Source: Octopus sinensis
Taxonomy: Eukaryota
DNA: 64,000 bases
NCBI RefSeq assembly: GCF_006345805.1
Contig: NC_043012.1
Span: forward strand, 59,334,001-59,398,000
Direction: 5' to 3'
The notes under the pieces are model-generated. The model did no database searches, was not told where the DNA came from, and saw only the letters and a list, made by a program, of their open reading frames with translations. Shown here piece by piece: positions 50,274 through 62,356 of this stretch; the first letter of the stretch is position 1; each line of letters opens with the position of its first letter. A program made the translations under genes and the position numbers.

Positions 50274-50380
50274 AATTCATCTTTTAGACGTTGCAACGTT
50301 TTCGTGTCATTAATGATTAAATTAGCTTAATTAAATTAAATTAGCCAATCTACCATAGGTTACACTTCATCAGTAAAAGA
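50274..50380 (-). ncRNA. Hammerhead ribozyme (left arm)
   Basis: Mirror of 50386-50492, with GAAAAC instead of AGAAAC. Confidence 0.65.
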
Positions 50381-50385
50381 CCAGG

Positions 50386-50492
50386 TCTTTTACTGATGAA
50401 GTGTAACCTATGGTAGATTGGCTTAATTTAATTTAATTAAGTTAAGCTAATTTAATCATTAATGACACAGAAACGTTGCAACGTCTAAAAGA
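50386..50492 (+). ncRNA. Hammerhead ribozyme (right arm)
   Basis: 7-bp stem I TCTTTTA/TAAAAGA; CTGATGA at 50393-50399; stem II GTGT/ACAC with a large loop; GAAAC at 50470-50474; palindrome ACGTTGCAACGT; GTC triplet at 50483-50485. Confidence 0.8.
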
Positions 50493-50622
50493 TGAATTAG
50501 GGTAAATGTTTTTAAATTTTCACCTAATTTCTGAATTACTACTACTTGGCGGTGTGAGTTATGGCTGCTCTTTCTGGTGGACGAGTGACTGTGGGGTCAC
50601 TCCTAAATTGTTATATATATAT

Positions 50623-50659
<37 letters not shown>

Positions 50660-50665
<6 letters not shown>

Positions 50666-50845
50666 TACTATACATATATACGACAGGCTTCTTTCAGTTC
50701 TGTCTACCAAATCCACTGACAAGGCTTGGTCGGCCCGAGTCTATATTACAAGACACTAGCCGAAGGTGACACGCAGCGGGACTGAACCAGGAACCATGTG
50801 GTTGGTAAGCAAGCTACTTACCCCACAGTCACTTCTACGCCCATA
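50660..50845 (-). mobile_element. SINE family B, 5' half
   Basis: CGACAGGCTTCTTTCAGTT...GGGACTGAACC.GGAACCATGTGGTTGGTAAGCAAGCTACTTAC. Confidence 0.85.
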
Positions 50846-50949
50846 TATATAGTTAATCCAAACAAGAAAGCACAAAAAAACACAACAACGCGAGGACGTG
50901 GAACAAATATAGTATTATTGGACGCTCAGGAAAGAGGGAAAGAAGAACG

Positions 50950-50984
50950 ACTTAACGTTTCGAGCGGAGCTCTTCGTCGGAAAC
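50950..50984 (-). ncRNA. Minimal hammerhead, U4C variant, in repeat 50850-51062
   Basis: Minus strand GTTT-CCGACGA-A-GAGC(TCC)GCTC-GAAAC-GTT-AAGT. Confidence 0.6.
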
Positions 50985-51619
50985 ATAGGAGAAGGAAAGA
51001 TCCAAAGAAGGGAAGACAGAGGAAAAAAAATCGCCAACGGTACACATGCGGTCACATTTTGAATATATATATATATATATGATCTAAAACCACACAAATA
51101 TATGTTATCCTATTTTTCTCCTTTTGCAGGACGGCATGCTGTGATTCAAGCTTATTTGGTTATTATTTGTAGCATGTCTAACAACCAAATAAAGGATGAA
51201 ACAATCTTATTGTTTCAGTTACTATTTTTTTATTTACTTCTTTTTCAGTTGACCAAGACATCTATTTGATAACCGAAACTGAACCCGTTTCTCCAGATCC
51301 GATCCTTTACATCGTATTCATCTTGTGGTTGTTAATACGTGAATATGTGTTAATTGGTTCATTCCTATATTAGAACACTATAAATTGATCAAAGGAACTT
51401 AAATAATCTTTTTATTAGCTACAGCTATCTTGTGGAGAAAAACAATAAAAAAGAATAACAAAAGATGAAAAAGAACAATTACTGTCTGTCTTAAGCAGAC
51501 AACAGATAATCACATCAGACCAACTAGCCATGAATCAAATGATCTTCCAGCCATTCCAACGATTAACCAGCTACCCACCGTTATTCATACACCCTGGCTA
51601 TCCATACAGCATGCATCAA

Positions 51620-52040
51620 GTCGACCGACAGAGCGACCGACCAACCACCAGCCAGCCAACCAACTAACCAACCAACCAACCAACCAACTAACCAGCCAAA
51701 CCAACCAACTAACCAACCAACCGACCGACCGACCGAACGACCGACCGACTGACCGTCCGATCGGCCGACCAACTAACCAGCCGCCCGACCGCCCGACGAC
51801 CGACCGACCGACCGACCGACCGACCGACCGACCGACCGACCGACCAACCAACCACCAACCAACCAGCCAGCCAGCCAACCAACTAACCAACCAACCGACC
51901 AACCGACCGACCGACCAACCAACCAACTAGCCAGTAACGTAGTCGCCCATCCATTAATCCATTCATGCATCCATTCATGCATGCATGCATCCTCACACCC
52001 ATCCATCCATCCATCCATCCAGACAGACAGACATATAGAC
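51620..52040. repeat. Compound (ACCA)/(ACCG)/(CCAT)/(CAGA) array
   Basis: Direct reading. Confidence 0.9.
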
Positions 52041-53239
52041 AGAAAAACAGACAGAGAGATAGCCAGCCGGCCTGTGTAGGCAGACAAAGTGACAGACGTA
52101 CAGATATGCAAACAGGCAGATGTCCAGACGGGAAAATATCCGGATTGCAATCGTTCACATCTCCATCCACACCACCAATCGACAGCCAGCCAGTCGACCA
52201 TCATTGACCGAGCAATTCAAGTTAAAACCAGCACAGAGAGTGAAAAATTACGAAAATATTATATAGTTAGCATGCCCTGGTGGTCAGCTATCTTAGGGGA
52301 GACAATTCTTGATCAATAGAGGTTAGTTTGTAAGTTTGAATTTCGTTTTTTTTTCCTACACATTATCAAAAGATATTAACATTTCCAGGTCGATTTCGCT
52401 ATGTCCATTTCATCCTTATTTGAAGTCATCACCATGGCAAATAAATTAATGACTAACATTTGTGCAATCTGATCTTAGCAAATATGGTCAGCAACTTCAG
52501 ACATGTTTTAGGTCTTAGTGAAGCTCCTCAACAAAATATAATCTTTCTAGTATTTGCCAGACTGTTGCTAAGAGAATCATATTGACGTATAACAATGCAC
52601 ACAACAATATAATCTAACATGAAAAATAATTTTAAAGATGTTTGGGTGTGATTTGAGAGAAATTTGCTTTTAATTTCTTGCAAAGTGGAAGAACGCGTTG
52701 AGGCTGTTTCAGACACTCGAGAGGACGATTATTTAATTAAATATAATAAGTAAATAAAAAAGACACACACAACATCTCTTACGTTAGAATATGGCGAAAC
52801 ATTAGACATTAGTCAATGGTAATGAAAGTTGACGAATGTTGAAACCTTATCGGTTAGATTTGAAGATGTGATACTAAATAATGTCTAGAAAAACAAAAAG
52901 CAAGAAAGGTAAGACAAAAAGCAAGAAAGGTAAGAAAAGAGAAACAAACAGAGAGAAGAGAGAGAGAGAGAGAGAGAAAGGAGAGAGAAGGGTGGATAAA
53001 ATGAAAGACAAGAAAGAGACGCAAGGTCATAGAAAAAGGTTATTATTGTTTATTCCTTGCTATCACTATCGAAACAGATAACATATGGATTGAGAGAAAC
53101 ACTATAAGTGTGACGTCATAATAATAATAATAATAATGATAATAATAATAATAATAATAATAATTATTATTATTATTATTATTATTTCTTTTATAGATAT
53201 GATATATATGGTTCTTTATATATATATATGTCTGTTACC

Positions 53240-53291
<52 letters not shown>

Positions 53292-53466
53292 CGGTCACAG
53301 ACATTCGCATACATACATACAGATGTATTTGTATATGTATATATGTATGTATATATATATCTATATATATATATATAATATAATTATATATATATATATA
53401 TATAATATATATATAAACACACGCTCACACGCACATATACGTATATATTCAAACGCATACATATGG

Positions 53467-53499
<33 letters not shown>

Positions 53500-53517
53500 T
53501 GTATGTATGTATGTATG

Positions 53518-53557
<40 letters not shown>

Positions 53558-53819
53558 ATATATATATATAATATACATGTGTGAGTGTATGTTATATGTA
53601 CATATAGGTATATATATATATATATATATAGATAAGAAAGTTTGTTTGGTAAAGCACGTGGGTGAATATATAGAAAATAGTAAAGTGTGTGAAAAAACGA
53701 CAGAAGGCTTAAATGTTAAAAAATATATATATTTGTGTCAAAATGTCTGGGAATATTGGAAAAATTTTTTTCCTTTCCTTAAAATGACATAATTTTAAAA
53801 AATTTTTAAAGAAATTACC

Positions 53820-55175
53820 GGACTGGAGGCAATACAATTCTGGTTAGACCAATTTCCGGAAGAAATACCAAAAAGGATCAGTAAGGAATTCATTACTAAA
53901 TCAATGAATCATCCTACACAATAACCACTTCATGTTTGACAATACATTTTACCGTCAAAAATCCGGAATTGCTATGGGTACAAGGGCAGCACCAGTCATT
54001 GCGAACTAACAATGGGATACATGGAAATAATCATTACCAGGAATCTCTATCAATCTTTGGAAACTCCCTCTCTCAATACATAAAAGAGAATTGGAAACGA
54101 TTCCTAGACGATTGTTTCATTCTCTGGAATGAAAACATAGATAAACTCCTAAAATTAAAAAACCTATTGAACAGCATAAACCCAAATATACAGTTCACAA
54201 TGGAATACAACCAAAAGGAGCTCCCGTTCTTGATATACTAATTAAAAAAATTAACCTTAAAATAGAAACAGACATTTTTTACAAAGCCACAGACGCCAAA
54301 CAATACCTTCTTTTTAATTCATGCCACCCAAGACACACTAAAACAAACATCCCCTTCAACCTTGCAAGAAGGATATGCACAATAGTGTCAGAACAAAATA
54401 CCAGGAACTTTAGACTGCAAGAACTCCAAAACACCCTAATTGACAGACATACCCAGCTCACTCATAGAGGATGGGATCAGACGTGCAACAGAAATCAACA
54501 TAGAAACTTTAAGAAAAGTTCAACACAACAACACACCTTCCCCGAAAATACTACCTTACATATCTACATACAACCCCAGAAACAAAGAAGCCTTTCACCA
54601 TCATCACCCAGAATTTACCAATACTTCAAAAAACCCCAAATTAAAGGAAATTCTAAACATACACCAAATCATTAAAAGCTACAAACAGCCTAAATCACTT
54701 AAAAAGATTCTCACAAAGGCAAAATTGTCTTCTAAAATTACGGATGCAAAAGTAAAAAAATGTGGTAGATCGAACTGTGCAACATGTCCTAACCTATTGG
54801 AAGGATCAGAATTCTTCTTTAAAGAGGGACAGAAATTTAAGATCAAATCTAACTTTACTTGTGCCTCTGAAAACATAATTTATGTTATTAATGCTCGGGC
54901 TGCCACCAAGACTACGTGGGTTCCACGGGACTATCACTCAGCGCAGATGCACACTGCATCGACAACAGATTGCATTCCCAGAATATAGAATGATACCTTT
55001 TAGTGAGCACATTGAGAAATGCGCAAAGCAACTACTGCCACAATTTTTAATCTTCCCATTTAACCAATGTGCTTTCGGATCATCAACACAAATGAGACTG
55101 AACAAGGAAACATTCTTCATTGAAAAGTACAAACCCAGACTCAACCATCCGAACATACTGACACAGAGAAATTAA
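53820..55175 (+). pseudogene. Penelope RT + GIY-YIG endonuclease, frameshifted
   Basis: GLEAIQFWLD; YRQKSGIAMGTRAAPVIAN; WKRFLDDCFILW; ELPFL; TDIFYKATDAKQYLLFNSCHPRHTK.NIPFNLARRI; CGRSNCATC; NIIYVI.CSGCHQDYVG; ETFFIEKYKPRLN. Confidence 0.95.
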
Positions 55176-55311
55176 CAAGGAAAAGGGAAAAAAAAATTTT
55201 AAGCGATTATCTCCCCTACACCGGAAAAAATCACTCACTACCTCCCCTTATTTAGAAATCTCCTGGAAATAAAAAACATGATAATTCCATGCAATATAAA
55301 CATAACGTCAC

Positions 55312-55350
55312 AAGAATTTGAAAAGCTACACGCGAAACCGGTAATTTCTT
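55312..55350 (+). ncRNA. Hammerhead, U3:A8 variant, in the Penelope 3' pseudo-LTR
   Basis: AAGAAT-TTGAAAA-GC(TACAC)GC-GAAAC-CG-GTA-ATTTCTT. Confidence 0.65.
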
Positions 55351-55487
55351 AAAATTTTTTAAAATTATGTCATTTTAAGGAAAGGAAAAAAATTTTTTCC
55401 AATATTCTCCAAACATTTTGACACAAATATATATATATTTTTTAACATTTAAGCCTTCTGTCGTTTTTTCACACTTTACTATTTTCT

Positions 55488-55518
<31 letters not shown>

Positions 55519-55803
55519 GGCAACGTATAACGAATACACAGTCTCTGAGTACGTAGGTAAAGTGGATGTGTGAGTTTGCAGCGCGAACGTGTGTTCATAC
55601 ACACACACATACACACACACACACACACACACATAATTCTATACAGGGAGGGAAAAAGAGACAGGTGTGATTTACCGTCCCTAAATACTGAGATAATTAA
55701 GGTTAGAATATATACATATACATATATACATACATACTTACATACATACATAACATACATACATACATACATATATACGTATATATATATATATATATAT
55801 ATA

Positions 55804-55853
<50 letters not shown>

Positions 55854-55869
55854 TATATATCATATTTAC

Positions 55870-55901
<32 letters not shown>

Positions 55902-56209
55902 GCGCGCATGGTGTTCGGCTTGTAAGTACTTAGGTAAATAAAGGTGACTGCACAAACATCTATAAACAAATAAACTGTTCTCGGACTGGTCTCTTTTGCA
56001 GAGTTTGGTTTGGGGGCAACGGTGGCGATGGGAAGAGTGTATGCGTGTGTGTGTATGTGTCTGTGTGTGAGTGTGTGTGTGTGTATGTGTGAGTGCATGC
56101 GTGCGCGGTTTGCCATTGTTGTTTTTTATTTGTCTTTTCTTATTTTTCTTTTCTGTTTTATATGAAAGTTGGGCTTTATTTCGGTCTTGTTAAGAAATCC
56201 AACAACGGC

Positions 56210-57083
56210 TGGGGGACGGAGGAGCGGAGGCGGGAATATATATTAAATAAGACAGGGAAGAGGAGAGTGTGGCAGATAAGGAGGGTGAAGAGGAGGTGGA
56301 GAAGGAGATTAAAAGGAGAAGGAGGTGAAGAAGAGGAGGTGAAGGAGCAGGGGAAGAAATAGGGGAAGGGCAGAAGAAGAAAAAGGAAAATAAGGAGAAG
56401 AATGAAGAGAGGGAGGTGAAAGGGAGGAGAAGGAGAAGAGGAAGGAGAAAACAAGAAGAAGAGGAAGAAGGAGACGAATGAGGAGGGGGAGGAGAAGAAG
56501 GAGGAGAAACAGAAGAAGAAGAAGAAGAAGAAGGAGAAGAAGAGAAGAAGAAGAAGAAGAAGAAAGAAGAAGAAGAAGAAGAAGAAGAAGAAAATGAAGA
56601 AGGAGACAAACGAGGTGAAAGAGAAGAAGGAGGAAGAGCAGAAGAAGAAGAACAATAAGAATAAGAAGAAGACGAAAGTGAAGGAAAGTGAAAAAGGTAA
56701 AGGAGAAGATGAAAGGTGAATAAGAAGAAAAAGAAAGAGGCGAAGGAGACATTGTGGGAAGGGAAGATGAAAGTGCGACAGAAAAATATATAATAAAAAG
56801 GTGAAGTAAACGAGAGAAGAAAAGAGGGAAAGAAGAAAAGAAAGCAAAACGTATATCACAGCTAGCACCACTAACAGTACTACCAGCAGCAGCAGTAGCA
56901 GCAGCAGAACCATCACCACCACTACCAACCACCACACCACCACCACCAACCACCACCACCACCACCACCATCATCACTACCATCACTACCACCACCGCCA
57001 CTGCTACTATCGTTGCCACCAGCACCCGCACTAGCACCACCGCCACCACCAGCATCACCACTAGCACCAGCACCAGCACCAAC

Positions 57084-57115
<32 letters not shown>

Positions 57116-57125
57116 CAGCAGCAAT
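56210..57125. repeat. Purine-rich (GAA/GGA)n and (ACC/AGC)n low-complexity region
   Basis: Direct reading; generates three long minus-strand low-complexity ORFs. Confidence 0.85.
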
Positions 57126-58053
57126 AACAAAAGGCGGAAACAAAAGAAAAAGAAAAAAAAATGACGGAGGGGAATTACTCTAGGAGTTATTGGAAAATGA
57201 GCGCGAAGTAAGAATAAATCGATGAATCGATAAGTAGATAGTATTGATAGTATTGATAATCTTGATAGAATTGATAAAGAAAAGAACAGACGTAATTTTA
57301 AAGCAAGAAGGAGACAAATGAAAGATTTTATTGTTTTGGCAAATATCTGGATTTGTATGAAATATCCTATACTTCGGCCGCGTATTTCTTTGTCTTTTAT
57401 ATCGATGGGTAATTGTTGTTATGTAACCCCGGGGTCAAATCTAGTGGAATAGTTTTATGGCGCGTAGGTGGTCAGCCGAACGATTAGGCGCTAACCAGAA
57501 ATCTGGTTTTACTAGTTATCTTTCACTAAAATTGGATGTGTTAGAGAACAGAATACTGCTCCATTTCCACTTTTAATAACAGATAAATATTACCTATCGG
57601 TATTAAAACTGATTAGTTTTTTCTTTTTGTTTTTAGTTCTGTAGGTGTTGTTGTTATTGAGGGTGGTTTTGTCGCAGTATCTGTACAAAATAGCATTCTG
57701 TATATCTTACTTAATGTAGAAATAAAGTAAAAAAGCCACAGAACTGTGCTATTCGTCTCGAGAAAGCTTCGTGTATAAATTGTATAGTGCTACAAACCAC
57801 AGAAGCATATTGTTGGCAGACGAAAAGTGTCTAGAAGTGGTGGTTGAATTGCTAAATCTCATATTCTGCTTCCTTTAGTGTCATATGGATGTTATTTTAG
57901 TGTTATTTTAGTGTTTAGGGTATTCTGGATTACTCTCGTAAGGTCGTGAGTTCGATTCCCAGTGGGCAAGTGTCTTCCGTTATAACCTCGATCCGACGAA
58001 AGCCTTGTGAGTCGATTTGGTACACGGAAACAGAAAGAAGCACGTCGTAAATA

Positions 58054-58118
<65 letters not shown>

Positions 58119-58125
58119 TAATATA

Positions 58126-58422
58126 ATCACAATCAAGGAACGGCCATAATAGGCCATTCGCCCACTAGAAATAACAGCCAAAGCTTCAACCGCAAATAAA
58201 CATCAATTCCGTAAACCAGGAGAAAATTAAAAAACTGGTTTACGGAATTGATGTTTATTTGCGGTTGAAGCTTTGTCTGTTATTTCTAGTGGGTGAATGG
58301 CCTATTATGGCCGTTCCTTGATTGTGATGTTGAACTTAAAATGGTCTATGACTATTTAATTTTTCCCACTAGGCCGCTGGTGGCAAAAAAATTCTACAAA
58401 ATTTTTTGCCACCCTATATTGA

Positions 58423-58428
<6 letters not shown>
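58126..58428 (+). mobile_element. (TA)n-flanked fold-back element
   Basis: 94-bp arms 58126-58219 and 58235-58328 with a 15-bp spacer; 3' end GACTATT...CCACTAGGCCGCT...TTTTTTGCCACCCTATATTGAT resembles the minus-strand end of 50060-50140. Confidence 0.7.
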
Positions 58429-58493
<65 letters not shown>

Positions 58494-58879
58494 GTATGTG
58501 TGTGTGTGAGTGTGTGTGTTATAAACGGCTGGTGTGTGTTGCGTACGGTTACTAATAAATGGAAAATGCGTTGTAAATAAACAACGACAAATAAAAAACG
58601 CATACGTATAAGACACAGAGGGTACCTAATCCTTCACCAGTTATCAACCAGAACGCTAATACTCACTACTCCTGTCTTTTGGTTGCAAGGTCATATTTTG
58701 CTCGTTTCGTCTTTGTCCTTTGTCTTAAATCACATTTTTAAAACTTTCGTATGTCCAATCTGTGTCATTTTGTTTGCTTGCGGCCAGATTCTCTGCGTCT
58801 TTCTCAGGGGCCACCAAGATGGGAACACCTTCAGTCTTATCGTTAAAGGTGCGAAACTGAGTTTTACCATTCTGGTTCA

Positions 58880-58917
58880 TAACTGATGAAGAATTAGGCT
58901 CGATTCGCTGCGTCTTA
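58880..58917 (+). ncRNA. Heavily degenerate hammerhead
   Basis: TAA-CTGATGA-A-GAAT...ATTC-G(CT)GC-GTC-TTA; GAAAC is disrupted. Confidence 0.3.
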
Positions 58918-58985
58918 CACTTATACCATTTTTATTTGTCGTTGTTTATTTACAATGCATTTTTTCATTTGTGGTGTATGTATAT

Positions 58986-59019
<34 letters not shown>

Positions 59020-59309
59020 TATTTTCTCTCCTTGTTTCTTTCTGTCAAAGACTTTTTCACTGTTTGTTGTCTACACCACCTGTCTTCATCTTCTGCTTTT
59101 TTGTGAATTCTCCCTATATATATATATATATATAATATTATTAGTGAATTGAAGAAATGGAGTTGGACGAAGATTGAACAGAAATCCTTTTATTGCATTC
59201 TAACGTGTTTCGAAAGCCACAATTTACCAAATTCCGATATATGTATACATATACACACACACATATATGTATATATGGATGTATGTATATATGCATAAAT
59301 TCATGTGTG

Positions 59310-59525
59310 TGTCTCTCATTGTATCTGTGTTTGACTCCAACCCCATCGGTTGACAACCGGTGTTGGTGTGTTCACGTTTCCGTAAGTTAGCGGTTCGGCA
59401 AAAGAGCCCGAGTGAATAAGTACTAGGCTGACATTGATTAAGACCTGGGGTCGATTTCTTCGACTAAAACCCTTTGAGGCTGTGTTCCAGCATGGCCGCA
59501 GTCACATGACTGAAAGAAGTAGAAG
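59310..59525 (+). mobile_element. SINE family B, 3' half
   Basis: TTGACAACCGGTGTTGGTGTG...GCGGTTCGGCAAAAG...CAGCATGGCCGCAGTCACATGACTGAAA. Confidence 0.8.
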
Positions 59526-59723
59526 GGTAAGACAGCACACTTACTAAATACCCCAAGACAATTTCTCTGTTGTTGTAATACATTTGCCACTCCACAACCT
59601 TATAAATAATTTAATAAAAGGCAAAATATTCAAGCTAGAAAAAGAGATATACCTGACCGAAGACACCGGAAAAAAAAAACAAAAAAATAAACAGTTGTAA
59701 AATAGTCATTTAAAAGAAATCTA

Positions 59724-59768
<45 letters not shown>

Positions 59769-60041
59769 ACATTAATACATACTTATTGACATGCACAGAT
59801 ACCTAAAGCGTAAAAACAGAAAGAAGGACACTCATGTACCACTTACGAAGGCAAGTACGTACACGCACACTCACGCAGACACACATACACACACACGCAC
59901 GCACACATACACACATATACATGCACATACACACGCATGTTCATTCATTCGAAGCTAAATAAACACTACCTCGTATATTCATCAGATAAACTCGGACAAC
60001 AGACATAGAGAGACACCCGCACAAGAATATACACACGCACA

Positions 60042-60078
<37 letters not shown>

Positions 60079-60079
60079 G

Positions 60080-60242
60080 TATATATATATGTATGTATAT
60101 ATATATATATATACATACATACATACATACACATACAATTGTAAAAACATTTACAATACAGACACAGACACGTACATATAAAAGCACATAAGCAGATACG
60201 TATTTACACACATACATATATACATGCACACACACATATATT

Positions 60243-60294
<52 letters not shown>

Positions 60295-60314
60295 CATATG
60301 TAATATATATATAT

Positions 60315-60353
<39 letters not shown>

Positions 60354-60355
60354 AC

Positions 60356-60395
<40 letters not shown>

Positions 60396-60443
60396 GTACA
60401 GATATACATATGTATATTATATATATATATAATATATATATAT

Positions 60444-60477
<34 letters not shown>

Positions 60478-60623
60478 GATATACATATATATATATACAT
60501 ATATATATATATACATATATATGTATATCTATATAAACATATATATACATATATATATATGCATATATATATAGGTATATACGTGTGTGTATGTATGTAT
60601 ATATATGAATATATCTATATATC

Positions 60624-60663
<40 letters not shown>

Positions 60664-60664
60664 A

Positions 60665-60714
<50 letters not shown>

Positions 60715-60720
60715 GTATAT
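60080..60720. repeat. Long degenerate (TA)n tract
   Basis: Direct reading; further (TA)n blocks continue to 61760. Confidence 0.95.
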
Positions 60721-61209
60721 ACATACATGGGAACATACGGTAAAATAGATTCCAATAGTAAATGTACAATGGGAAACATTTCTCTCCTCGTCTCTTGTAC
60801 AAGAAACAATTCTTACAGATGGAAAAAAATGTACAAACCGCTTTTTCGATTAGTTTTGAAGCTTAAGACTTTTTGGTCTGGTTAACCATATCTGATAGCA
60901 AAGAAAGTAAATGGGGAAAATATATATAAACATATATATAAACATATATATATAAACATATATATAAACATATATATATATATATATATTGGGGATGGGA
61001 GGAAGTTTAATGAATTTTTCAGCAGGCATAATAATATTCGTGAAAACGTTTCGTTTCAATCATTTTGCACACTCACGTTTATGTATGCATATAGTATATA
61101 TATCATGTGTATATGTATATATACATATGTATATACACATGTATATATACATACATATATTTATAGATCATACATATGTATACGTACATGCGTATACACA
61201 CACACGTAC

Positions 61210-61266
<57 letters not shown>

Positions 61267-61391
61267 TTTTATACTTATTCAATGTATGTTTACACACGTG
61301 TAGCAATCAAATACGTCAATCAATCAATCTGTGTATCTAACTACCTATCAATACAGATATGTATATATTTATATATATATATAATATTATA

Positions 61392-61433
<42 letters not shown>

Positions 61434-61438
61434 GCACG

Positions 61439-61475
<37 letters not shown>

Positions 61476-61488
61476 TATATATATATAT

Positions 61489-61533
<45 letters not shown>

Positions 61534-61688
61534 TATATATATATGTATCTTGTGGTATAATGACTTTTATCTTTCTTTGCCATAGTGGTTCATGGACGTT
61601 TAGCATGATGCTGAGTCCTACTCTTAACTATTGTTTTTCTCAATGGTCACACACGAGGATAGAACTTACGCTGAACTCCATTTACTTC

Positions 61689-61731
<43 letters not shown>

Positions 61732-61764
61732 TATATATATATATATCTATAATATATATATATA

Positions 61765-62080
61765 AAAGACTCCGCCGGTTACGACGACGAGGGTCCCAGC
61801 TGATACGATCAACGGAACAGCTGCTCGTGAAATTAACGTGCAAATGGCTGAGCATTCCACAGACACGTGTACCCTTAACGTAGTTCTCGGGGATAATCAG
61901 CGTGAACAGAGAGTGACAAGGCTGACCCTTGAAATACAAGTACAACTCATTTTTGCCAGCTGAGTGGACTGGAGCAACGTGAAATAAAGTGTCTTGCTCA
62001 AGGATACAACGCGTCGCGGGAATCGAACTCACAACCTTACGATCATGAGCCAAATGCCCTAACCACTAAGCCACGCGCCC
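61765..62080 (-). mobile_element. SINE family C variant with extended tail
   Basis: Reverse complement of the 43760-44090 family. Confidence 0.88.
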
Positions 62081-62204
62081 TCACTCTCTCTATATATATA
62101 TACATAGTCAATCCAAATATGAACAAGCAAGAAAAACAACAACGCAAGACATGGAATAAGTACTGTGTTATTGGACGCTCAGGGAAGGAAAGAAAAGAAA
62201 GAAG

Positions 62205-62239
62205 ATTTAACGTTTCGAGCGGAGCTTTTCATCAGAAGT
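62205..62239 (-). ncRNA. Minimal hammerhead in repeat 62105-62310
   Basis: Minus strand ACTT-CTGATGA-A-AAGC(TCC)GCTC-GAAAC-GTT-AAAT; same family as 50950-50984. Confidence 0.62.
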
Positions 62240-62356
62240 ATAGAAAAAGACTAAAGAAGGGAAGACGGAGAAAGAAAATCGCCAACGATACACACGCGTT
62301 CACACATATGCAAATTAGAAAATCTCTATAAACGATGAAAATAGTAACTATCCTCA

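Larger units (their letters stand above)
50060..50616 (-). mobile_element. (TA)n-flanked element with about 231-bp near-perfect palindrome and two hammerheads
   Basis: Arms 50152-50382 and 50384-50616 around one base (A50383); the minus-strand 3' end TTTTTTGCTACCCTAATTGACTATT runs into (TA)n. Confidence 0.8.
53630..55490 (+). mobile_element. 5'-truncated Penelope-like retroelement with inverted pseudo-LTR
   Basis: RT and GIY-YIG remnants bracketed by 150-bp inverted repeats 53672-53821 and 55338-55487, with (TA)n outside both. Confidence 0.92.

Noticed and set aside
56176-57130. 257-aa and 273-aa hydrophobic ORFs
   Set aside because: Translation of (CTT)n/(GGT)n low-complexity DNA, not a membrane protein.
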